Source of the DNA: an uncultured Chloroflexia bacterium
GTDB lineage: Bacteria > Chloroflexota > Limnocylindria > Limnocylindrales > CSP1-4
Direction of reading: 5' to 3'
Assembly (NCBI GenBank): GCA_963833225.1
Contig: CAWHXD010000019.1
Span: forward strand, 64,001-128,000
DNA: 64,000 bases
Shown here: piece after piece, positions 10,443 to 19,924 of the stretch
Position numbering within the stretch: position 1 is the stretch's first letter
Layout: each line of letters opens with the position of its first letter
Program-made: the position numbers and the translations under genes
Notes under the pieces: generated by a model
The model's input: only the letters and a program-made list of their open reading frames with translations
Told to the model about the DNA's origin: nothing
Database searches by the model: none

Positions 10443-10766
10443 ATGCTCGAGATGCGCACCCGCACCCGCACCCGCATCGCCATCACCGCCGCGCCAACCG
10501 ACACGGTCCGCGGGCCGCGCACCCGGCTCCAGCTCGAGCTTCGCGATGTCGCCGAGGAGATCACCGGGCGCGTCGACCGTGACGAGCTCAGCCGCTCGGA
10601 CGAGGAAGACATCACCGAGGCGATCGACGCCGCGGTGGCCGCGGCGCTGCCCGATGTCGTGGCCGCCCTGGATCGCGAGCTGACGCCCCGCATCGAGGCG
10701 CTGCCGCTGGCCACACGCCTCACGCTTGCGCAGGCTCGCCGGCGGCGGGACTTCGGGCTCGATTGA
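10443..10766 (+). CDS. Hypothetical small helical protein
   Basis: AAGGAG RBS before ATG 10443; high-GC3 codon usage. Confidence 0.65.
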   Translation: MLEMRTRTRTRIAITAAPTDTVRGPRTRLQLELRDVAEEITGRVDRDELSRSDEEDITEAIDAAVAAALPDVVAALDRELTPRIEALPLATRLTLAQARRRRDFGLD

Positions 10767-10863
10767 CCCGGGCTCGGGCGGGTCGACCCACCGACCCGCC
10801 CGGGACCCAGAGACGCGTGGCGAGCATCAGTCGGCGGATGGCCTGTCATGCGCGGATGGCCTG

Positions 10864-11145
10864 TCAGGCGGCGTCAAGCTCCCGGCTGATCGCCCGGAGG
10901 ATGAACCGGGCCGCCTCGGCGCTCTTGCCGCCCAGCCGTTGCCCGTCGTCCTGCTCCAGCGCGACGGCCAGGTCCGCCAGCATCGCGCCGATCACGGGCG
11001 TCCGCGACAGGACCCCCTGCTCGAACGCCGCCTCCAGCCCGGCGACGGCCTCGCGCGCGTTGTCAACGACGTGGCCCTTCGCCTCCATCCGCTCCCGGAA
11101 TGCGGCGCGCGCCGCCTCGGCAGCCGCGCCAGCGCTGGGTGTCAT
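10864..11145 (-). CDS. Hypothetical small protein
   Basis: GGAGG RBS; overlaps the GNAT stop; ends EAARFILRAISRELDAA. Confidence 0.65.
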   Translation of the reverse strand: MTPSAGAAAEAARAAFRERMEAKGHVVDNAREAVAGLEAAFEQGVLSRTPVIGAMLADLAVALEQDDGQRLGGKSAEAARFILRAISRELDAA

Positions 11146-11789
11146 TCGTTCCTCCCAGGTCCCCGATCCCCGCCTGTCCATGCCCGCATCTGCGCCGTGG
11201 CGCGCCCGTCGGTGGCGGCCCGCTCCTCCCAGCGGCGCGCTCGCCATTCTGGCTCCAGCACGCTCATGTGGATCTCGTCCCACCAGCGGCCATCGCGCCA
11301 GATCGCCTCGCGCGCCCGCCCCTCGTCCACGAACCCGACCCTCGCGTACGCGCGCACGGCGCGCTCGTTGAACGCGAACACCGACAGCGACACGCGGTGG
11401 AGCCCGAGCGCGGTGAACGCGTGCTCCACCATCAGCGCCGTGGCCTCGGTGCCGTAGCCGTTGCCCCAGGCGTCGTGCTCGCCGATCGTGATGTGGTACA
11501 GGACCGACCCGTTGTCGGCGTCGAGCTGCGAGAACGCGCAGCTGCCGATGAGCCGCCCGGTGGCCCGCTCGTGGATCCCCATCGCGAGGGCGTCGGGTCC
11601 CAGGGCCCGCATCATGAAGAACCGCTCGATCTCATCGGGCCGCATCGGCTTGTCCTGGTAGCGCGTCAGGCGCGCCACCTCGGGATCCTGGTACCAGCGG
11701 AGGAAGTCGGGAAGGTTGTCCCGAGTGTGCCGCTTGAGCACGACGAGGGAACCGTCGATTCGGTCCGGGAACCAGCGGCGATGGAGCAT
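11142..11789 (-). CDS. GNAT acetyltransferase (RimJ/RimL family)
   Basis: WGNGYGTEA, LGLHRVSLSV, NERAVRAYARVGF, EGRAREA. Confidence 0.9.
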   Translation of the reverse strand: MLHRRWFPDRIDGSLVVLKRHTRDNLPDFLRWYQDPEVARLTRYQDKPMRPDEIERFFMMRALGPDALAMGIHERATGRLIGSCAFSQLDADNGSVLYHITIGEHDAWGNGYGTEATALMVEHAFTALGLHRVSLSVFAFNERAVRAYARVGFVDEGRAREAIWRDGRWWDEIHMSVLEPEWRARRWEERAATDGRATAQMRAWTGGDRGPGRNE

Positions 11790-11815
11790 CACGTGCACCC
11801 TATACCATCGGCTGC

Positions 11816-13537
11816 ATGCGCCGCTGGAGCGAGGCGACGGACCGGGTGGCGGCGACCCCCAGGACGTCGGAGAAGACCGACATCCTCGCCGCCTATCTCG
11901 CGTCGCTCGACGACGACGAGCTGCCGGTTGCCGCCGTGTTCCTGGCCGGGCGCCCGTTCCCGGAGGCCGACCAGCGTTCCGTGGGCCTCGGCTGGTCCGG
12001 GTTGAACGGCACGGTCCTCCGCGTTGCCGGCGCCGACGCCGATGCCATCCGCCGCGCGTACGACCGCTCGTCGGACATTGCGACCGCGGTGGCGGACGTC
12101 CTGCTGGCCGCGGGCCATGATCCGGACCCCGCGTCCGAGCCATCGCTGGTCGAGACGCGGCAAGCATTCGAGGCGATCGAGGCTGCGTCGGGTCCCGCGG
12201 CGAAGGCCGCGATCCTGGAGCCCCTGCTCGCGAGGTCCTCGCCGCGGACGGCCGCGGCGATCGTCAAGGTCCTCACCGGCGAGCTCCGCATCGGGCTCCG
12301 CGAGGGGCTGCTGGAGGCTGCCATCGCGAAGGCCTTCTCGCGCCCGCTGGAGCGGGTGAAGCGCGCCGGGATGCTCACGGGGGATGTGGGCCGGACGGCG
12401 ACCCTCGCCCGGGAGGACCGGCTGGACGAGGCGGCGATGGCCCTGTTCCACCCGCTCAAGTTCATGCTCGCGTCGCCGGCCGAGGACGCGTCGGAGATCA
12501 TCGGCCGGCTGGGGCCGACGGTCTGGGTCGAGGACAAGTACGACGGCATCCGGGCCCAGCTCCACCGGACCGGCGACGACGTCCATCTCTACTCTCGCGA
12601 CCTGCACGACATCAGCGGCCAGTTCCCGGAGGTGGTCGAAGGTGCTCGAGGCCTGCCGTGGGCGGGCATCCTCGACGGCGAGCTCCTGGCGTGGAAGGAC
12701 GGCGTCGTGCTCCCGTTCCTCAAGCTCCAGGCCCGGCTGGGGCGCAAGAACCCGTCGGCCGCGATCCTTGCCGAGGTCCCCGTGATCTACGTTGCCTGGG
12801 ACGTCCTGGGCATGGACCGCGACGGCGACGCGGCCGTCACGCCGCTGCTGGACACGCCGCTCACGGAGCGGCGGCGGGTCCTCGAGTCGCTCGCTCTCCC
12901 GCTCGCGGCCGACGGGGGCTGCTTCGCGCTGAGCCACCTCGTCACGGTGGAGTCCACGGATGGGCTCGAGGCCGCCTTCCTCGAGGCGCGGGCGCGGCGC
13001 AACGAGGGGCTGATGGTCAAGGACCCGGGCAGCCCGTACTCGCCGGGTCGGCGCGGCCTCGGCTGGCTCAAGATGAAGAAGGCCCTGGCGACCCTCGACT
13101 GCGTCGTCGTCGGGGTCGAGGTGGGGCACGGCAAGCGTCACGGGGTCCTGAGCGACTACACCTTCGCGGTGCACGACGAGGCCACCGGCGGGCTGGTCAC
13201 GATCGGCAAGGCGTACAGCGGGCTGACTGACGCGGAGATCGCCGAGATGACCCGCTGGTTCGAGGCCCACACCGTCTCAACCCACGGGCGGTACCGGGTC
13301 GTGGAGCCGGTCATCGTCATCGAGGTCGCGTTCGACGTGATCATGCGGTCCACGCGCCACCGGTCGGGATACGCGCTGCGCTTCCCGCGGATCGCGAACC
13401 TCCGCCCGGACAAGCCGGTCTCCGAGATCGACACGCTGGCGACGGTCGCCCGGCTGTACGAGGGGCTGCAGCACGGGCCGGAGCACCTGGTCACCGCGAG
13501 CGCCCCGCCGGCAACGACGGGACCATCGGCAGGCTAG
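11816..13537 (+). CDS. ATP-dependent DNA ligase (LigB/archaeal-type with N-terminal DNA-binding domain)
   Basis: Adenylation motif EDKYDGIRAQ, LDGE, EGLMVK, WLKMKK, ALRFPRI. Confidence 0.95.
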   Translation: MRRWSEATDRVAATPRTSEKTDILAAYLASLDDDELPVAAVFLAGRPFPEADQRSVGLGWSGLNGTVLRVAGADADAIRRAYDRSSDIATAVADVLLAAGHDPDPASEPSLVETRQAFEAIEAASGPAAKAAILEPLLARSSPRTAAAIVKVLTGELRIGLREGLLEAAIAKAFSRPLERVKRAGMLTGDVGRTATLAREDRLDEAAMALFHPLKFMLASPAEDASEIIGRLGPTVWVEDKYDGIRAQLHRTGDDVHLYSRDLHDISGQFPEVVEGARGLPWAGILDGELLAWKDGVVLPFLKLQARLGRKNPSAAILAEVPVIYVAWDVLGMDRDGDAAVTPLLDTPLTERRRVLESLALPLAADGGCFALSHLVTVESTDGLEAAFLEARARRNEGLMVKDPGSPYSPGRRGLGWLKMKKALATLDCVVVGVEVGHGKRHGVLSDYTFAVHDEATGGLVTIGKAYSGLTDAEIAEMTRWFEAHTVSTHGRYRVVEPVIVIEVAFDVIMRSTRHRSGYALRFPRIANLRPDKPVSEIDTLATVARLYEGLQHGPEHLVTASAPPATTGPSAG

Positions 13538-13614
13538 TCTCGGTCGTGTCCGGCGCCTATGCTGGACCGCAGTGTCGGCGCGCCGCCGCGGCGCGCACCC
13601 GGAGGGCCCACCGC

Positions 13615-14190
13615 ATGTTCCCCACGTTCACCGAGATCGGCCGAGTCGAGCTGACCCTGTACACGGACTCGCTGATCACGCGCGGCTGGGTCAGGACGCG
13701 CCAGCACCGCGTGACCGACATCCTCAACCTCGCCGAGGACCCGTTCCTCATCCTCGAAGACATCTCCGTGGACGAGATCGGCGACCGTGGCTCGCCGATC
13801 CGGGCGGACGTGGCGCAGATCAACCTGGACTCGGTCCTGTTCGCGGTCGCCAACGTGCCCGTGGAGCCATCGCCGGAGCTCCGCACGCCCAAGCGGCCCG
13901 CCGAGGTCATCTTGTCCGTGCCGCCGTTCCGGGTCACGGGCAAGGTCCACCTGATGGCGGACGAGCCATCGCTCCGGGACGCCCTCAAGGAGCTCAACAT
14001 GCGGTTCATCCCGGTCACGGATGCCGTGTACTGGTCTGACCGCCTGGGGGAGGCACGGACGAGCGCGCTGCTGGTGGCGGTGAACCAGCGGCGAACGCAG
14101 ATCCTTGCCCAGCACCAGGAGGTTGACCCGTGGGTCGGCCTCAGCGCACCGGCACCCGTGGTGCCGCCGCCCGACGACCTGATCGGCTGA
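13615..14190 (+). CDS. Conserved hypothetical protein (DUF6812-like, two similar beta-rich halves)
   Basis: RVTDILN..FLIL and LRDALKELNMRFIPVTDA; GGAGG upstream. Confidence 0.6.
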   Translation: MFPTFTEIGRVELTLYTDSLITRGWVRTRQHRVTDILNLAEDPFLILEDISVDEIGDRGSPIRADVAQINLDSVLFAVANVPVEPSPELRTPKRPAEVILSVPPFRVTGKVHLMADEPSLRDALKELNMRFIPVTDAVYWSDRLGEARTSALLVAVNQRRTQILAQHQEVDPWVGLSAPAPVVPPPDDLIG

Positions 14191-14197
14191 CCGAGCG

Positions 14198-15040
14198 CTA
14201 CTGGTTAACGGGCAGGTCCATCCGCGCGCCCCACTCGGCCCAGCCGCCGTCGTACAGGGCGACGTCCTCGTGGCCCAGGAGGGACAGCACCCACGCGAGC
14301 TTCGAGGCGGCCAGTCCCGACTGGTCGTAGCACACGAGGCGGCGGCCGCGGGTGATGTTCGCCCGCAGGAGCAGCGCCCGCAGCTCCGCCGGCTCGCGGA
14401 GGCGCTGCGTGCCGGGCAGGTGCATGGCACCCACCGGCACGTTGATCGCCCCCGGGATATGACCAAGGCGGCGGACGTTGCCTTCGAAGCCGTGGTACTC
14501 GGCCGGCGCGCGAGCGTCGACGAGCACGACGCCCGGCGCACCCAGCTGGTCGCGCACGTCCGCGGTCGTCACATGGCGCCGCGTGTCGAGTCGCGGCGTG
14601 AACCGGGTGGGGACCGCGGTCTCCGCGCCGCTCGTCACCTGGTACCCGCCATCGGACCACGCCGGGTAGCCGCCTTCCAGGACGCGCGCGGTATCGAATC
14701 CGTAGGCGCGCAGGCTCCACCAGGCGCGCGATGCGTGGTAGCCCAGGGTGTCGTCATACAGGACCGCCGTCTCCCCGTCGCCGATCCCCGCGGCGCTCAT
14801 CGCGCCGGCCATGCGCTCCGGCGAGGCCAGCAGGAGCCTGTCCGCGCTCTCGCTCGCCTCCACCACGGACGTCTTCCAGTCGAGGTGCACCGCTCCCGGG
14901 ATGTGCCCTGAGGCGTGCAGCGCGGCCGCCGTGCCGTCCGGCCGCCAGCGGAGGTCCACGACCCGGACGCCGGGCCGGCCGAGCTGCTCGGCGAGCCACG
15001 CGGGCGTGGCGATCAGGTCGGGTCGGGGAGCATCCGCCAC
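14198..15040 (-). CDS. Tandem-domain rhodanese/sulfurtransferase (SseA-like); active-site Cys replaced by Asp
   Basis: GHIPGA twice, LVDARAPAEY, YDGGWAEW C-terminal signature; active loop reads VCYDQSG. Confidence 0.9.
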   Translation of the reverse strand: MADAPRPDLIATPAWLAEQLGRPGVRVVDLRWRPDGTAAALHASGHIPGAVHLDWKTSVVEASESADRLLLASPERMAGAMSAAGIGDGETAVLYDDTLGYHASRAWWSLRAYGFDTARVLEGGYPAWSDGGYQVTSGAETAVPTRFTPRLDTRRHVTTADVRDQLGAPGVVLVDARAPAEYHGFEGNVRRLGHIPGAINVPVGAMHLPGTQRLREPAELRALLLRANITRGRRLVCYDQSGLAASKLAWVLSLLGHEDVALYDGGWAEWGARMDLPVNQ

Positions 15041-15107
15041 GAGGCCTCCGGAGCGCGGTAGGGGACTGGGAGTCCGCCGATATCATACGGGCGTGGTATC
15101 TCCGTTC

Positions 15108-16347
15108 ATGCCCGACGACGAGAAGGTCACGGCCATCCGGCAGCAGCTGCCGGCCACCTCCGCCGGCATCTACCTGAATGCGGGCACCTGCGGCCCCCTG
15201 CCCGCCGGGACGCAGCGGGCGATGGACGAGCAGGCGGCCAGCGAGCTCACCGTGGGCCGCGCCAAGATCGACGGGTTCCTGGCGTTCGCGGACCGTGCCC
15301 TCGAGGTCCGAGCCACCGTGGCCGCGGCCCTGGTCGCCGACCCCGACGACATCGCCCTGACGCACTCGACCACCGACGGGATCAACCTCGTCCTCTCGTC
15401 GCTGGCCTGGCGACCGGGCGATCGGGTGATCACGACCAACCACGAGCATCCGGGGGTCCTGGGCCCGCTTCAGGCCGCCCGGGACCGATACGGCGTCGAG
15501 GTCGAGGTCGTCGACATCGGCGACGGGGGCGACGACGAGATGACCCTCGCCCGCTTCCGGCGGGCGCTGGACCGGCCGGCCCGGGCGGTCGTCGTCAGCC
15601 ACGTCCTGTGGACGACCGGCGCGGTCCTGCCGGTCGGGGCGCTCGGCTCCCTGGCGCGCGCGGCGGGGGCGGTCGCGGTCATCGACGGGGCCCAGTCCGC
15701 CGGCGCCATCCCGGTCACGCTGATGGACCTCGATGTCGACGCCTACGCGGTGCCCGGCCAGAAGTGGCTCCTGGGACCCGAGGGGATGGGTGCGCTGTGG
15801 GTGCGCCGGTCGTTTGCGGACTCCGTGCGTCCCCTCGTGGTCCGGCTACCACATCTACAGCACGTTCGACCGGGACACGGGTGGCGTGCTGCGCGACGGC
15901 GCCCGCCGGTTTGAGGCCACGGCGTTCCACCGCCCATCGGTGATCGGGCTGGGGCGCAGCGTGGGCTGGCTGTCGATGTCCGTGGGGCTGCCCTGGGCCC
16001 AGGGTCGCGCGCGGCGCCTCGCGGCCGCAGCGCACGCGCGGCTGGCGTCGGTCGAGGGCGTCTCGATGGTCACGCCTCCGGACCATGGCGGCACCCTCGT
16101 GACCTTCCGCATCGCGGGGTGGACGGCGGCCGGTGCCGCGGCGGAACTGTCCGCTCGCGTGTTCGCGATCATCCGGGAGGTGCGACCCGTTGACGCGATC
16201 CGGATCTCGGTCGGCTTCTGGAACACGGAGTCGGAGCTGGAGCGGTTCGCGGAGGCGGTCGAGCTGCTGGCCGCCCATACCCAGGAGACCATCCCGACCC
16301 GCCCGGCGCTCACGATCCTGGGGAGCGATGGCCGGCCCCTCGCCTGA
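15108..16347 (+). CDS. Class V PLP aminotransferase, cystine/cysteine lyase (C-DES)-like; frameshift near 15835
   Basis: YLNAGTCGP, EHPG, SHVLWTTG, DGAQSAG, PGQKWLLGPEG, then RRFEA and IRISVGFWN in a second frame; no desulfurase Cys loop. Confidence 0.85.
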
Positions 16348-16765
16348 GCCCAACGGCTCGCCGGCGCCCGATCGGGGCCAGCCCCCGAAGCGGCGGGGGT
16401 TCGTCGAGGTCCGCTGGCGCCAGTTCCGCCGCGCCCCGCGCCCCGTGTTCCGTGCCGTCGCAAGCAGTCTCAGCGTCGCGGTGCTCCTTGGCACCATGTT
16501 CCTCGCGTACGACCTGGCGCTCGACAAGGGCGCACGGCTGCCCGGTGGTGATCTGCGGCTGCTGGCGCTGGTGCTCTACGTGGCCGTGGTCTGCATCGCC
16601 GGCGCCGTGGTGACCTGGGCGGTGGTCCCGCTGCCGGCCGGCTCCGGAACGGATCGCCGCACGCGGACGCCGTGGAGCCTCGCGCTCGGCCTGTTTGCGG
16701 CCGTGCCAATCGCGTACCTTGTGCTCGTGGTGCTCCACGAGATGATCAAGCCCTTCCTGGCATAA
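16328..16765 (+). CDS. Hypothetical membrane protein (3 TM)
   Basis: Three hydrophobic segments; overlaps the upstream gene end. Confidence 0.7.
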   Translation: MAGPSPEPNGSPAPDRGQPPKRRGFVEVRWRQFRRAPRPVFRAVASSLSVAVLLGTMFLAYDLALDKGARLPGGDLRLLALVLYVAVVCIAGAVVTWAVVPLPAGSGTDRRTRTPWSLALGLFAAVPIAYLVLVVLHEMIKPFLA

Positions 16766-16841
16766 CGGGGCGACGGGAGCCAGTGCGGCCGCTATCATCG
16801 GGGAGGTCGCTGGACCCAATGACAGTTGAGGACCATCACGG

Positions 16842-17129
16842 GTGAACGACGATCGCGGCCCCGGCGCGATGCCGAAGCTCTACGGAGCACCCGCCTATGC
16901 CCGACCCCCGCTCCTCCCGGTGAGCCAGGTGGAGCGGCCGTTCGACCCGGATGCGCTCCCCCTCGAGAGCGAGCGGGACGGCGAGGAGCCGGAGCCTCCC
17001 GGCGTGCAGCCGGCGAACGGCCACGAACCTGCCAACGCCACCTCCGGCGGCAACGACAACGCGCCGGTCAGGTTCCTGGGTCGTCCGCTCCGTCTGCGCC
17101 TGCCGGGTCGCGACCAGGCCGCACGGTAG
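16842..17129 (+). CDS. Hypothetical Pro-rich small protein
   Basis: PKLYGAPAYARPP..RPFDPDALPLE; start may be the internal ATG. Confidence 0.55.
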   Translation: MNDDRGPGAMPKLYGAPAYARPPLLPVSQVERPFDPDALPLESERDGEEPEPPGVQPANGHEPANATSGGNDNAPVRFLGRPLRLRLPGRDQAAR

Positions 17130-17153
17130 TCCCGCTCGCCGCCAGGCGATCGT

Positions 17154-17230
17154 GGGGGAGTAGCTCAATCGGTTAGAGCTGCGGGCTTATATCCCGCCGG
17201 TTCCAGGTTCGAGTCCTGGCTCCCCTACCA
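17154..17230 (+). tRNA. tRNA-Ile, anticodon UAU (TAT at 17188-17190)
   Basis: Full cloverleaf: acceptor GGGGGAG/CTCCCCT, D-arm GCTC/GAGC, anticodon arm GCGGG-CTTATAT-CCCGC, T-arm CCAGG-TTCGAGT-CCTGG, A73, encoded CCA. Confidence 0.93.
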
Positions 17231-17239
17231 CTCCGACCG

Positions 17240-18004
17240 CTAGCGGGCCGAGACGCCTGCGAGGGTCCTCACCATCTCCACGATCCGTTCCTGCCGGTGC
17301 GGGGTGAGCCCGCGCTGCAGCGGGAGCGACTCGAACCAGCCGGCAAGCGCTTCCGGTGCCACCACGGCGCATGACGCCGAGCGCTCGATGCTGGGGTCGG
17401 CCGTCACGATGGCCGCATGGACGCGGACCAGGAAATCCCGGTCATCCGCGGCGAGCCAGCTTCGGACACGCTCAGCGTCACGGCTCGCTCGCTGGACCGG
17501 ATCCTCGATCGGAAGCCAGCGGCCCCGGTCGTCCCGGATCTCCCAGCGGGTGCCCACATGCCGCGTCGCCTGGCGCGGCGGGACGTGCCCCAGGACCACG
17601 ATCCCAAACGGCCCGATCACCAGCTCGTGGACGCGACGCCCGTCTGGCAGCCGCAGGTTCGTGGCGGCGAGGTGATCCGGCCCAAGGGCCCTGGCGAGGG
17701 CCGGCGTCACCCGGCGGGGCCGCGTTGCAGCGAGCGTCTCGGCGACGGCCGCGAGCCGTGCCACGCCCAGGAGCCCGAACACCGCCGGGATCACGATCGC
17801 GAACCCCCACACGACGATCACGCCGGCGCTCTCGAGCGTGCTGGGGCGCCCGTGCGGGATGAAGCCCGTGACGATCGGCGTGGCCACGCACAGCCACAGC
17901 AGCGCGCCGCTGGCAACGAGGAGGAGGACGCCGACGACGACGGCACGCACGATCGCGATCCGATCGAGGAGACGCGTCGATCCCGGAGCGACGATGACCT
18001 GCAT
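17240..18004 (-). CDS. Membrane protein with degenerate NERD-like domain
   Basis: Two N-terminal TMs, then RVHELVIGPFGIVVL and DPVQRA..AERVRSWL resembling NERD, but lacking the D..ExK residues. Confidence 0.6.
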   Translation of the reverse strand: MQVIVAPGSTRLLDRIAIVRAVVVGVLLLVASGALLWLCVATPIVTGFIPHGRPSTLESAGVIVVWGFAIVIPAVFGLLGVARLAAVAETLAATRPRRVTPALARALGPDHLAATNLRLPDGRRVHELVIGPFGIVVLGHVPPRQATRHVGTRWEIRDDRGRWLPIEDPVQRASRDAERVRSWLAADDRDFLVRVHAAIVTADPSIERSASCAVVAPEALAGWFESLPLQRGLTPHRQERIVEMVRTLAGVSAR

Positions 18005-18263
18005 GCCCGCATGCTGGAGGACGGTGCGCGCACGAACCTATGGGCGAATCGGGCTACCGGGGGAGGCGAGACAGTCCCCCGGACCTCTCGTGACCATCCC
18101 TGAAGGCCCCGATCCGACCCATTGGTGGTGCGTTCCCGCACCGGAATCGGCGTGCGAGGCATATCGCCGGCCCTAACGCGGCTCCCGGCGCCACCCGGCG
18201 GTCCTTCCCAACCGAGGACCCCCGTACCATAGCCGCTCGGCCGTCCAGTGGAGATGCTCCGAC

Positions 18264-19917
18264 GTGAACCCACGCGATTCGCCTGGGGATTCACCGGGAG
18301 GCATCACCGAGCCCGTGGCGCACTTCGCACGGCGATCGATCAGCAGGTGGCGCACGCACGCGCTGCATCCGGCTGCCGCGCTGGCTGCCGTGCTGCTGAT
18401 CGCCCTCGTCGTGGTCTCGCCGGCATCGGCTGCCCCATCCCAGTCGATCCAGCTCTCGTCGCCGGACTTCTGGCCGGCCAGCGCCACCACCAGCACCTAT
18501 GTCACCTTCCGGGTGACCTACCGTCACACGGGTGGCCTGGCTCCATCCTTCGTCCGGGTGCACGTCGGCGGGACGACAGGCGAGATGCAGGTCGCCGCCG
18601 GCTCGAGCTGGAAGCAGGGTGTCGTGTTCGAGGCGACCACGCGTCTCAACGCCGGCACCTGGACGCCCTGGTTCGAGACCGAGCGAGGCGACCTGTACGC
18701 CACGATCACGATGACCCGGTCGATCACGGTCAGCGGTCCCACCCCGACCCCGAAGCCAACCCCCAAGCCAACCCCGACCCCGACCCCCAGGCCAACCCCC
18801 ACGGCCACCCCCAGGCCGACCCCGATCGCTACCCCCACGGCCACCCCCAAGCCGACTCCCAAGCCGACCCCCCAAGCCGACCCCCAAGCCGACCCCGGCG
18901 GCCACCCCCAAGCCCACCGCGAGCCCCAGGCCCGCCGGCACCGACAAGCCATCGGCGACCTCGAAGGCGACATCCGGCGGCAAGGCCTCGCCCAAACCGA
19001 CCCAGACGCCCGGCACGACCGCGTCGCCCGACACCAGCCCCGAGCCCACGCCGACCTCGGACCCCGGCCTGGCCGGGGTGCTCCCGGGGGCGGCCAACGG
19101 CGGCCCGGGCGATGTCGGCGGCACGGACGGCACCGGCGGCCCGGATGGCGGCGCTGGGCCGGTCAATGACTCGGACCCGACGCTCGTCAGCGGCCTCGAG
19201 GGCCTGTCGCCGGACCCGTCCCTGCTGTCGCCGATCTCGATAGCCATCGTGGCCGCGGGTGGGCTTGCGATGCTGATGGCCTTCCTGGTGTTCGGGCGGC
19301 GGCGGCGCCGAGGCGAGGAGGACGACGGGGCCCTTGCAGCGGGCGCGGCGGCCGGCTATCCGCTCGTGGCTGCTCCGCAGCGCGCTCCGCTCGGTGGCGT
19401 CGTGCCGATGATGGCCGCCACCGCAACTCCGATCCCCACTGCGCAGGCTGTCCCCAGCCTCGCCGCGCCCGATCTCGACGCCCACCTGCCGCGCTGGCGC
19501 CGCCCCTCGCTCATGGAGGCCCGCAAGAACGACCCGCTCCGGGGTGGCGTGACCGCCAAGGCGAGCCTGACCTTCGACGAGCAATCGTCAGAGGTCCTCG
19601 ACGGGCGTGAGCGCCGCCGCATTCGCTACCGGATGGTCTCCCTGCTGAACGTGCCGGATGAGGTCCAGGGCGTGGAGATCGGTAGCCTCGACGAGGGCGA
19701 TGAGGTGGTCCTGGTGGAGAAGGCCGGCACCTACTGGCGGGTGCTGTGTCCCGACGGCCGGGAGGGCTGGCTGCACAAGATGACCCTGGGTGATGTCGTG
19801 ATCGACTCGTCGTCGGCCGCCACCTGGACGGCTGCGGATGACGGCCCGGACCCGGGCGGCTTCGAGGACATCATGCGCGCCTACAACGAGTCAAGGCGGC
19901 AGTTCGGCGGGAGCTGA
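18264..19917 (+). CDS. Surface protein: signal peptide, Pro/Thr linker, TM, C-terminal SH3-like domain; frameshift in the repeat near 18870
   Basis: PASA signal, PTPKPT repeats, TM followed by RRRRR, GSLDEGDEVVLVEKAGTYWRVLCPDGREGWL. Confidence 0.75.
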
Positions 19918-19924
19918 GCGCTCC

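Noticed and set aside
10834-10866. 15-bp direct repeat GCGGATGGCCTGTCA x2
   Set aside because: Simple local duplication at a gene end with no associated element
17154-17240. tRNA as an integration site
   Set aside because: No duplicated tRNA 3' end or integrase seen in the window; flanks have host-like composition
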